DNA from: an uncultured Bacteroidales bacterium
GTDB taxonomy: Bacteria > Bacteroidota > Bacteroidia > Bacteroidales > UBA1715
Length of the DNA: 64,000 nucleotides
Assembly: GCA_937892155.1 (NCBI GenBank)
Contig: CALAUG010000022.1
Location: 5,498-69,497 of the forward strand
Direction of reading: 5' to 3'
The translations under genes were made by a program, and so were the position numbers. Of the stretch, positions 28,637-37,081 are shown piece after piece. The notes under the pieces were generated by a model that made no database searches, had not been told where the DNA came from, and was given only the letters and a program-made list of their open reading frames with translations. Position 1 is the stretch's first letter. The number at the start of each line of letters is the position of its first letter.

Positions 28637-28745
28637 CAAAAAAATGAAATGCTACGAAATAAAATGATTCAAGAGTTTTACATCCTGGTTTTTTGTCAGT
28701 TCCTGAGTTTTTTGTACATTGCGAGGTTTTAAGTGTGTTGTGAAT

Positions 28746-31700
28746 ATGAAACGAATTATATGCGTTGCATTATCTGTCTTTTTGTACGGAATAGTATCCG
28801 CTCAATTGTTGTTTAGTACAAAATTCGAATCTCAAAATGTAGGTACAGCCTATACGCGTCCAATGTGGCAATCCGATGGATTTAACACAGGTAGTTGGGA
28901 CGGCTTTTTGAGCACTCGTACTGTTATTGATGATTCTTATAGTTATTCTGGTGAAAAATCGTTGCGTGTGTCTTATCCGAAAGGCTGTTATGGTAATAGT
29001 ACGAACGGAACAGGTGCGCAGGTCGATTTAACATTTGACGACAGAGACGAAGCGTATATGTCGTATTGGATTCGTTTTTCAGATGATTTTAGCTGGGGAA
29101 CGACGAACGAAGGTGGAAAATTGCCAGGATTGGGTAGTGGCAATACGTCGGGAGACAAAATAAGTGATGGAACTAACGGTTTTACAGCTCGTTTTATGTG
29201 GCGAACTGGTGGCCGTTTGGTTGTGCTTTTGTATCACATGGATTTTACTAGCTCGATGGGTGAAGATGTGGAACTGTTCTACCCTGATGGTTCTCCAGTT
29301 ATTGCAACTCGTGGCGTTTGGCATCATATTGCAGAGCGTGTAAAAACAAATTCCGTAAGCGGCGGTAAAGCTAATGCCGATGGTGAATTGGAAGTCTGGT
29401 TTGATGGACAACGTGTCCTTTTGCGTAAAGGTTTGCGTTTCCGTGTGAATAATGATGGACTTAATGAACTGTATTTTTCTACATTTCATGGAGGTGGCGA
29501 TGCTTCGTGGGCTCCGACAGTAGATAGTTATATTTGGTTTGACGATATGCGTATTGGAACTACGTACGAATCTGTTGCGATGCAGTCGTGTGAAAATCCA
29601 GATTTGGGTGGCGATGTTGCGTTGTGTGGCGCAAAATCTGTTATGCTGCAATGCGATTTTACTAGTACGCAAGCCAAGGGATTGAATTGGTATAAAGATG
29701 GAACAAAAGTTTCCTCCGGAACAAGCTCATATTCTGCTACGTCGGAAGGTTTGTACAAGGTTTTCTATGACTCCGCTTGGTGTGCTCAAAAAAGTTCTGT
29801 TACGGTTACAAAGAATCTTAATGTTGATTTGGGTGAAGATCAGTATGTTTGTTCAAATTCATTTGCTATGTTGCAGTCAAATATTGGCGGTGAAGGGTTG
29901 AATTACACATGGAAAAAAGATGGCACTGCACTTTCTTCACATGGCAGCATATTACCAGTAAAAGATCCGGGAACCTATTCGTTGACAGTTTCACAGTCTG
30001 GGTGTGCGGATGCTTCAGACGAGGTTGTTGTAACGTCGGGTTTGATTCCAATTGCTGATGTCTCGGGAAAAACAGGAGAATCGATAACATTGCAAAGTCC
30101 AACTTCGGGAAATATTGCGTGGTACGAGGATTTGTCTGGCGAACCTGTTTCTACAGGTACTTCGTTTACGACTGTTTTCCCTCAAACGGAAACATATATT
30201 TATGCGAAAGATGCTGATGCTTTTGAAGGATATGTAGGTAAACCTGCTATTGTGGAAGGGTATACGTATCATCAAAATTCATATAATGACAGAATGATGA
30301 AATTTGTTGTAAGTAAGCCACTTACAATAGATGAAGTTACTGTGTATCCATACGCAAGTCAAAATGTTACCGTACGTATTGTTGATGCAAGTTCCAAAGC
30401 GGTGAAATTTACAAAGACTTTTACTGGCGTTCAAGGTGGCGAAGCAAAATTGGCGTTGGGTGCATCGTTGCAACCGGGAACGTACTACATGGATGGTCAG
30501 GGAACAACGGGAGATTTGCTTGTATCACACGACAAAGATGCGACTATAGCATACCCATACACTATTGACGGTTTGATTTCCATTCCGTGTGCCTATATGT
30601 GGAACTCGGAAAATAAGACGTATTATGTGTATTTTTATAATTGGAAAGTTTCAACAGGAAATACGTGCGCTGCAACACCCATTAAGTTGACGGGTTCTGG
30701 TTCTACAACCGATAGTTATCAGGTTACGTTCAATGTGAAGGGACACGGAAAGGCACCAGCATCGCAAATGGTTGAAAAGAATGGGAACGTTGTGGAACCG
30801 ACGGAGCCAACTGCAGCTGGATGTGTGTTTAAAGGATGGTTTACCGATTCCGATTGTACCAAATCATGGAATTTCTCTACTGGCGTTGTTACTGCTAATA
30901 TGACTTTGTATGCAAAATGGGAACTCCAAAGTTATACCGTAAAATTTGTGGATTATGATGATTCAGTAATTAGTACCCAAACTGTCGAATATGGTAATTC
31001 CGCCAAGGCACCAGATAATCCAACTCGAAAAGGATATGTGTTTACTGGTTGGAATCAGGATTTCTCAAATGTAACAGAGAACATAACTGTAAAAGCACAA
31101 TATGTGGAAAATGCTTCGTCAAATCGCTACGAAGCAGAAGAAGCCGAAGTCTCTGGCGGTGAAGGCGTAAAGATTGTGGAAAGTTCTTCTGCATCAAATG
31201 GAAAATATGTTTGGCAACAGAAAGCAAATCTTACATTTAACGTAGTTGTTCCAGCCACGGGTGAATATGAACTGAATTTTAGATATTCATTGTCGCCAAG
31301 AACAGTACAGGCTGATGGTTATAAGGATCAATTCTTATATGTAAATGGAACGAAAATAACTACGTTGAGGTTTAATAAAACAGGCGATACCGATCCTACA
31401 TTTGACATATTGAAAACGAATGTGAATTTGCAGGCGGGCGAAAATACTGTTGCTCTTATGGTAAGTTGGGGATGGATAGATGTGGATTATTTGGAAATTG
31501 TTATGGATGAGGATGCGGTGTATCACACTGTTACGTTCCTTGATTGGGATAATAGTGTGATAGGCGAGCCACAGACGGTTAAAGAAGGTGGTGCCGCTGT
31601 TGCTCCAGCAACGCCAACTCGTTCTGGATATAATTTCAATCGTTGGAGTGTTGATTTCTCTTCAGTGACAACCGACTTGACTGTCGTTGCATTATATACA

Positions 31701-34700
31701 AAACAGACTACAGGTAGTGGTATTTCAGTTTCAATTGATGCCAAACAGGGAAATATTGCTATTTCTCCCTATATGTACGCCATGAATCAGTTGATGCAAA
31801 ATAACGAATATAAGGCTCGTGCAAAAGAGGCTGGAATTCACATGAGCCGTCAGAATTTGGGCAATAATTCAACAATGTATAACTGGCGTAAAAAATTAAC
31901 TGTTCACCCTGATTGGTACAATAACGTGTATGCCGAAGACTGGGATACGACAGCACAGAGTATGGCAAAAAATTTCTCTGACATTCAGGGTATGTTTGGA
32001 TTCCAGTTGATTGGACGTGTTGCATCGTCAACAGCATACAATTTCCCGGAATGGGAATATAATAAGGCCGTACGCTGGGAAGGCAGCACAAGAAACTTGT
32101 GTGGAAATGGTTCTAAACCAGGAAGTTTTAATACAACAGACGATGGTGATATAACTCTCTATACACAAGTGTGGACACCTGATTCTACAACGGCGATTTT
32201 GCCTCACTGGCAGAATGATTTGTCTCTGGATTTGAATCAATTCCAATATTGGAATATGGATAATGAACCAGAAATTTGGGGCGGAACACACGATGCCATT
32301 ATTACTGAAGTTACCGATGATGTGTTTGAAATGTATATGCAGAATTATTTTGCGACAGTAAAATTGGCAAGAAAATTATATCCAAATATCAAAATATGTG
32401 GTCCTGTTGCTGCCCACGAATGGTCGTGGTTCCACCCTGCAATACAGCCTACATATAAGGGAAAAACATATAACTGGCTGGAATATTTCATTATGCGTTG
32501 CGCTGAAGAGGAAAAGTCTTCTGGCGTAAAAATGATAGATGTGTTTGATATCCATAATTATCCGGAAGTTACAAATGCCGCCGATATTATTCAAACTCAT
32601 AGAATGTATTGGGATACTGAATATGATTATCCTGGAGCAAATGGTGTTAAAACAGTTGATTGCCATTGGGATAATTCTATCACGAAAGAAATGGTGTTTG
32701 TCCGTTGTCAAAAATGGTTTGATACCTATTTTGGCGCAGGCTACGACGTTACATACGGAACTTCGGAATATAATGTTAAGGAAGTTTCTTCAAATAATGC
32801 AATGGTGACAGCCTTGGCTTATGCTGGTTGTTTGGGCGAAGGAGCACGCCATGGTATGGAATTCTTTATCCCGTGGAGCTGGCGGGTTGGAATGTGGGAA
32901 ACCGTCCACTTATTCAGCCGCTATGCAAAGGAAATTAATGTCTCCGCTGTCTCAAGTAACGAAACTATGCTTTCTGCATATACGTCTATCAATTCTGACA
33001 GAGATTCATTGACAATTATTTTTACGAATAGAAACGAATCGGGTACCCAGACGGTAACTGCTGAAATTGCTAATTTCAATTGTAAGGATGGAGAATATGA
33101 AGTGTTGACGTTGTCAAAATTGGGTGATACTGAAACGTTTGTTTCTCATACGGAAAATGCTTTGAAATCGTCCACGGCAACGGTAACCGACGGCGTTCTG
33201 ACGATAGATTTGCCTGCGTATTCATTGACTGCTGTGTTGCTGACTTCGGATGTAGTTGAAAAATATCATGTGACCTTTGTTGATTATGATAAATCTGTTA
33301 TAGAAGAACAGGAGGTTTTGTCTGGCGAATCGGCTATCGCACCTGATGATCCTATTCGCGAAGGATACGATTTTTCTGGATGGGATGTCGATTTTACGGA
33401 TGTAACAAAGGATTTGACAGTAACCGCAACGTATACAATCAAGACATTCACAGTTACCTTTAAAGATTCTGACGGAACCTTGATTGATGAGCAAATTGTT
33501 GAATATGGAGCGTCAGCAAAAGAACCTACACAACCTACAAAAGCAGGCTACGATTTCGTTTCATGGAACGTGGATTTCTCAAATATTACGAAGAACTTAA
33601 TAGTGACGGCTCAATTCTCAATCAAGACATTTACAGTTACCTTTAAAGATTCTGACGGAACCTTGATTGATGAGCAGATTGTTGAATATGGAGCGTCAGC
33701 AAAAGAACCTACACAACCTACTAAAGCCGGCTACGATTTCGTTTCGTGGGACGTGGATTTCTCAAATATTACGGAGAACTTAATAGTGACGGCTCAATTC
33801 TCAATTAAGACATTTACCGTTACCTTTAAGGATTGGGATGGAACTATCATTGCAAAGCAAGACGATGTTGCCTATGGAGGCAATGCCACACTTCCCGAAA
33901 ATCCTGTTCGTGATGGATTTGAGTTTACTGGTTGGGTTGGAATTTATGAAAACGTAATGGCCGACGAAACGGTAACTGCAAGTTATACCGAAATAGGAAA
34001 GGCAGTCTATACGGCATTGGATAATGCAATCGTAACTGCCGAAGCATTGACGTCCGAAGGATATACAGAATCTTCGTGGAATACGTTGCAACAGGCATTG
34101 AGTGTTGCACAGGTAGTTGATAGAAATTTACTTGAAGAAGAACAGGCTGTGGTTGATGCTGCTGCCGAAGCTTTGCAAAATGCGTTGAAAAATCTCGAAA
34201 AACTTACGTTTACCATAACATTCTCTGTCGACGGAAAGGTTATTTCGACTCAAACAATTTTTTACGGAGAAAAGGTGGAAATTCCGGATGCTCCCGTAAA
34301 AACAGGCTACGATTTTGTAAAATGGGATGCCGATTTCTCTACAATAACGTCGGATATGACAATTACTGCGATTTTCCAAATTCAAACATTTACAGTTACA
34401 TTTAAAGATTGGGATGGCTCAGTTATTGACGAACAAATTGTCGAATATGCTTCTAGTGCAACGGCTCCAACTGCACCAGAACGTGAGGGATATGTGTTCT
34501 CAAAATGGGTTGGATCGTTTACGAATGTCACTTCTAACGTAATTGTCACGGCATCTTATACGGAAAAGGCAAAAGCCGATTATTCTGCGTTGGATAATCT
34601 TATTGCTAAAGCTAATGCCTTGGTAGAAAGCAAGTATTCTGCCGAAACATGGACAATTCTTCAAACTGCATTACAAAATGCAAAAACAGTAAATAGAAAT

Positions 34701-35474
34701 TTATATGCCGATAAACAATCAGAAATATATACGTTGCAGACTGCACTGCAAAATGCAATGGACGGTCTAAAAACAATTGATACTTCTAAATTGTATTCAA
34801 TGATAGAAGTTGCGAAGCAGACCATACAAAAGTCCAATGGAAACATTGGAACAGGTGATGGACAATATCCAGAATCTGCTGTTGTTGCGTTCCAGTCTGC
34901 AATCGATAAAGCTCAACAAGTGTATGAAAATTCAAGAAATCAAACAGAAATTGATGGTGAAGTTGAAGCTTTGCAAACGGCTATACAAGAATTTTTGAAT
35001 TCTCAAAATCGTCGTGTGGTGGATATCTCAACGCTGACGGAATTAGTCGTACGTGCGGAAGAATTGTTGCAGCAATCCGATAAAGACAATTCAAGTCGGT
35101 ACCGTTTGTTGGAATATATGGACTTATACTTGGCTAAAGAAGCGGGAAAAACTATAATTGCTCAAGAAAATCCTGTTACGGAAAATGTATATGTACAGGT
35201 CACAAAACTTGAGAATGCCATAGCTGCGTTTGAAAATGCCTACATTACTGCCATTGATGAGGTTGAATCACTAGTAAAAGTGTATGCCGTAGGCAAAACT
35301 ATTTATGTTGAAAATGTCTGTGGTAAATCAATCGTTTTGTGTGATACAAATGGAAAGAAACTTGCCGCTGCTTCACCTGAAAATGTTCAAAATTCTGAAT
35401 GTTTTAACGTTCCACAGCCTGGTGTCTATTTCGTGATAATAGAGCAAAATTCATTTGGTGTAATTGTAAAATAA
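28746..35474 (+). CDS. Giant secreted multidomain glycan-active protein, T9SS cargo
   Basis: Start at ATG 28746 (MKRIICVALSVFLYGIVSAQ); the track start 28719 is TTG. Domains read by eye, in order:
- Concanavalin-like polysaccharide-lyase fold (GGKLPGLGSG...GFTARFMWRTGGRL...FSTFHGGGDASWA...FDDMRIG).
- Two Cys-bracketed Ig-like domains (NWYKDG...GLYKV, YTWKKDG...GTYSL).
- Flg_new/InlB B-repeats (..GYxFxGW...FSNVTxNxTVxAxY).
- A CBM6/35-like domain (RYEAEEAEVSGG...NGKYVW...VDYLEI).
- A GH44-like catalytic region (WNMDNEPEIWGGTH, FDIHNYPE, GTSEYNV).
- More Flg_new repeats, three FIVAR-like helical modules and further helical modules.
- A C-terminal sorting-domain-like tail (...GVYFVIIEQNSFGVIVK). 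Confidence 0.8.
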   Translation: MKRIICVALSVFLYGIVSAQLLFSTKFESQNVGTAYTRPMWQSDGFNTGSWDGFLSTRTVIDDSYSYSGEKSLRVSYPKGCYGNSTNGTGAQVDLTFDDRDEAYMSYWIRFSDDFSWGTTNEGGKLPGLGSGNTSGDKISDGTNGFTARFMWRTGGRLVVLLYHMDFTSSMGEDVELFYPDGSPVIATRGVWHHIAERVKTNSVSGGKANADGELEVWFDGQRVLLRKGLRFRVNNDGLNELYFSTFHGGGDASWAPTVDSYIWFDDMRIGTTYESVAMQSCENPDLGGDVALCGAKSVMLQCDFTSTQAKGLNWYKDGTKVSSGTSSYSATSEGLYKVFYDSAWCAQKSSVTVTKNLNVDLGEDQYVCSNSFAMLQSNIGGEGLNYTWKKDGTALSSHGSILPVKDPGTYSLTVSQSGCADASDEVVVTSGLIPIADVSGKTGESITLQSPTSGNIAWYEDLSGEPVSTGTSFTTVFPQTETYIYAKDADAFEGYVGKPAIVEGYTYHQNSYNDRMMKFVVSKPLTIDEVTVYPYASQNVTVRIVDASSKAVKFTKTFTGVQGGEAKLALGASLQPGTYYMDGQGTTGDLLVSHDKDATIAYPYTIDGLISIPCAYMWNSENKTYYVYFYNWKVSTGNTCAATPIKLTGSGSTTDSYQVTFNVKGHGKAPASQMVEKNGNVVEPTEPTAAGCVFKGWFTDSDCTKSWNFSTGVVTANMTLYAKWELQSYTVKFVDYDDSVISTQTVEYGNSAKAPDNPTRKGYVFTGWNQDFSNVTENITVKAQYVENASSNRYEAEEAEVSGGEGVKIVESSSASNGKYVWQQKANLTFNVVVPATGEYELNFRYSLSPRTVQADGYKDQFLYVNGTKITTLRFNKTGDTDPTFDILKTNVNLQAGENTVALMVSWGWIDVDYLEIVMDEDAVYHTVTFLDWDNSVIGEPQTVKEGGAAVAPATPTRSGYNFNRWSVDFSSVTTDLTVVALYTKQTTGSGISVSIDAKQGNIAISPYMYAMNQLMQNNEYKARAKEAGIHMSRQNLGNNSTMYNWRKKLTVHPDWYNNVYAEDWDTTAQSMAKNFSDIQGMFGFQLIGRVASSTAYNFPEWEYNKAVRWEGSTRNLCGNGSKPGSFNTTDDGDITLYTQVWTPDSTTAILPHWQNDLSLDLNQFQYWNMDNEPEIWGGTHDAIITEVTDDVFEMYMQNYFATVKLARKLYPNIKICGPVAAHEWSWFHPAIQPTYKGKTYNWLEYFIMRCAEEEKSSGVKMIDVFDIHNYPEVTNAADIIQTHRMYWDTEYDYPGANGVKTVDCHWDNSITKEMVFVRCQKWFDTYFGAGYDVTYGTSEYNVKEVSSNNAMVTALAYAGCLGEGARHGMEFFIPWSWRVGMWETVHLFSRYAKEINVSAVSSNETMLSAYTSINSDRDSLTIIFTNRNESGTQTVTAEIANFNCKDGEYEVLTLSKLGDTETFVSHTENALKSSTATVTDGVLTIDLPAYSLTAVLLTSDVVEKYHVTFVDYDKSVIEEQEVLSGESAIAPDDPIREGYDFSGWDVDFTDVTKDLTVTATYTIKTFTVTFKDSDGTLIDEQIVEYGASAKEPTQPTKAGYDFVSWNVDFSNITKNLIVTAQFSIKTFTVTFKDSDGTLIDEQIVEYGASAKEPTQPTKAGYDFVSWDVDFSNITENLIVTAQFSIKTFTVTFKDWDGTIIAKQDDVAYGGNATLPENPVRDGFEFTGWVGIYENVMADETVTASYTEIGKAVYTALDNAIVTAEALTSEGYTESSWNTLQQALSVAQVVDRNLLEEEQAVVDAAAEALQNALKNLEKLTFTITFSVDGKVISTQTIFYGEKVEIPDAPVKTGYDFVKWDADFSTITSDMTITAIFQIQTFTVTFKDWDGSVIDEQIVEYASSATAPTAPEREGYVFSKWVGSFTNVTSNVIVTASYTEKAKADYSALDNLIAKANALVESKYSAETWTILQTALQNAKTVNRNLYADKQSEIYTLQTALQNAMDGLKTIDTSKLYSMIEVAKQTIQKSNGNIGTGDGQYPESAVVAFQSAIDKAQQVYENSRNQTEIDGEVEALQTAIQEFLNSQNRRVVDISTLTELVVRAEELLQQSDKDNSSRYRLLEYMDLYLAKEAGKTIIAQENPVTENVYVQVTKLENAIAAFENAYITAIDEVESLVKVYAVGKTIYVENVCGKSIVLCDTNGKKLAAASPENVQNSECFNVPQPGVYFVIIEQNSFGVIVK
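33438..33803 (+). repeat. Near-identical in-frame tandem duplication (2 x 183 bp) of one Flg_new repeat
   Basis: Units 33438-33620 and 33621-33803 differ at about 7 positions. The protein units are IKTFTVTFKDSDGTLIDEQIVEYGASAKEPTQPTKAGYDFVSW(N/D)VDFSNIT(K/E)NLIVTAQFS. Flanking units (from 33255 and from 33804) are much more diverged. Confidence 0.9.
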
Positions 35475-37057
35475 TGGAAATGAAAAAGTCATTTTTCTCG
35501 TGTTTGGTTATTTGTGTTTTGTGTCTTGTCTGTTCTTCTGTGTATGCCGAAAAAGTTGAGGTTTCGGGAATTTATTACAAATTGAATAGCGACGCGACGG
35601 CTGAAGTTACGTATCGTGGAGATGATGAAGACGGTTGGATGTATTTTAACGAGAATGAATTATATACTGGTGATGTGGTTATTCCGTCGTCAATTGTGTA
35701 TAACGAGAAATTGTATTCGGTTACGTCTATTGGTGCAGATGCTTTTGCCGGCAGTAAGCAAATGACAAGTCTGTCAATTGCACGTACGGTACAATCCATA
35801 GGAAGTGGTGTGTTTTCTTTGTGTAATAATCTTCGTTCCATTAGTGTAGAAAATGGGAATACGGTTTTTGTGAGTTACGATGGTGTTTTGTACGCAAAAA
35901 ATCCAATGCGTATCTTTTTCGTCCCTAAAAGTATTCAAGGGGATATTGCGTTGCACGACGACATTACAGAAATTCCGAGTAGCGCCTTTCAAAATTGTAC
36001 AAAAATTACAACTATCACGTTTCCCGATAATGTGACGAAAGTTGGTGATGGTGCGTTTAATGGTTGTAATCATTTGGAGGAAATATTTTTCAATGATAAA
36101 TTAAAAACCATTGGTGTTCAAGCATTTAGCCAGTGTTCCGCGTTGCAGATTGTCAGTTTTCCTGAAAGTTTAGTGGAAATAGGGAACAGTGCATTTGTCA
36201 GCTGCCCGAATCTATTGTACGTGTTGATAAAGGAAGGTTTGAAGACTATTGGTGAAATGGCCTTTTACAATTGTGGAAGTTTGTATGCGATTCAGTTGCC
36301 AAGTACGTTGCAAAGTATTGGAGAGAAAGCATTTTATGAATGTGTCAATTTAGCGACGATTAAAAACGACAGCCACTTTACGCTGGAAAAAGGTTCAACG
36401 GAGTATGGATATGTTGCATATTATGCGACTGAAATAATTCAAACAGAGGAAACTCCCGAAAAAGGATTTCAATATGTCAGCAAGGAATGTAAGTCGGAAG
36501 CTGTCGCAGATCAACAGGAAACGTGCTTGTGTCGCTTCGATGGAGATAATTTGATCGTATACGGTCAAATTATAAAAACTTGCGCAGGTGAACGTAACAC
36601 AGCCGAAATAATAAATCTTGGTGATACTATCAAAATTCCTACGTACGAATATTACGATGACGATGTTGCTGATTGTTTGTGCGTGTTTGATTATGAAATA
36701 ACGATTCCGAATGTTTTTACAGATTCCTGTGTCGTTGTTTTTCGTGGTTGGACAATAACAGCAAAACGCACTCAAACGGCTTTGCAGGGGATTGATAATC
36801 AAGCAATAAAGATTTGGCAAAGTTCACTCTCTAATCAGATTTTTATTGAAATGGGAAATGTGGGAACTGGATTGGTTGTGTATGAATTGTTTTCTGCACA
36901 AGGACAATTATTGGAACGAAAACCGATTCTGTCAACGAGTACGCAAATAGATACGCCGCACCAAACGGGAACATATTTCGTCCGTGTTATCCGAAATGGT
37001 AGAGTGGAAAAAACGGGTAAATTCAGTTCTCAATCCGTAATGCACTATGCACGATGA
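35474..37057 (+). CDS. BspA-like leucine-rich-repeat surface protein with T9SS C-terminal sorting domain
   Basis: 527 aa with a signal peptide. Contains LRR_5-type repeats (IPSSAFQNCTKITTITFPDNVTKVGDGAFNGCNHLEEI...), a Cys-rich middle region and a tail ending GTYFVRVIRNGRVEKTGKF. The ATG overlaps the stop of the giant gene (TAATG at 35472-35476). Confidence 0.8.
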   Translation: MEMKKSFFSCLVICVLCLVCSSVYAEKVEVSGIYYKLNSDATAEVTYRGDDEDGWMYFNENELYTGDVVIPSSIVYNEKLYSVTSIGADAFAGSKQMTSLSIARTVQSIGSGVFSLCNNLRSISVENGNTVFVSYDGVLYAKNPMRIFFVPKSIQGDIALHDDITEIPSSAFQNCTKITTITFPDNVTKVGDGAFNGCNHLEEIFFNDKLKTIGVQAFSQCSALQIVSFPESLVEIGNSAFVSCPNLLYVLIKEGLKTIGEMAFYNCGSLYAIQLPSTLQSIGEKAFYECVNLATIKNDSHFTLEKGSTEYGYVAYYATEIIQTEETPEKGFQYVSKECKSEAVADQQETCLCRFDGDNLIVYGQIIKTCAGERNTAEIINLGDTIKIPTYEYYDDDVADCLCVFDYEITIPNVFTDSCVVVFRGWTITAKRTQTALQGIDNQAIKIWQSSLSNQIFIEMGNVGTGLVVYELFSAQGQLLERKPILSTSTQIDTPHQTGTYFVRVIRNGRVEKTGKFSSQSVMHYAR

Positions 37058-37081
37058 ATTGGTTTTGTGGAGTATTGAATT

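Noticed and set aside
33255-34000. Regularly spaced repeats that might be taken for a CRISPR-like or other non-coding array. The same applies to 60960-64000.
   Set aside because: The repeats are in-frame protein-domain repeats (61-aa Flg_new units and ~85-90-aa Big_2 units) inside continuous ORFs. There are no unique spacers, no leader and no cas genes.
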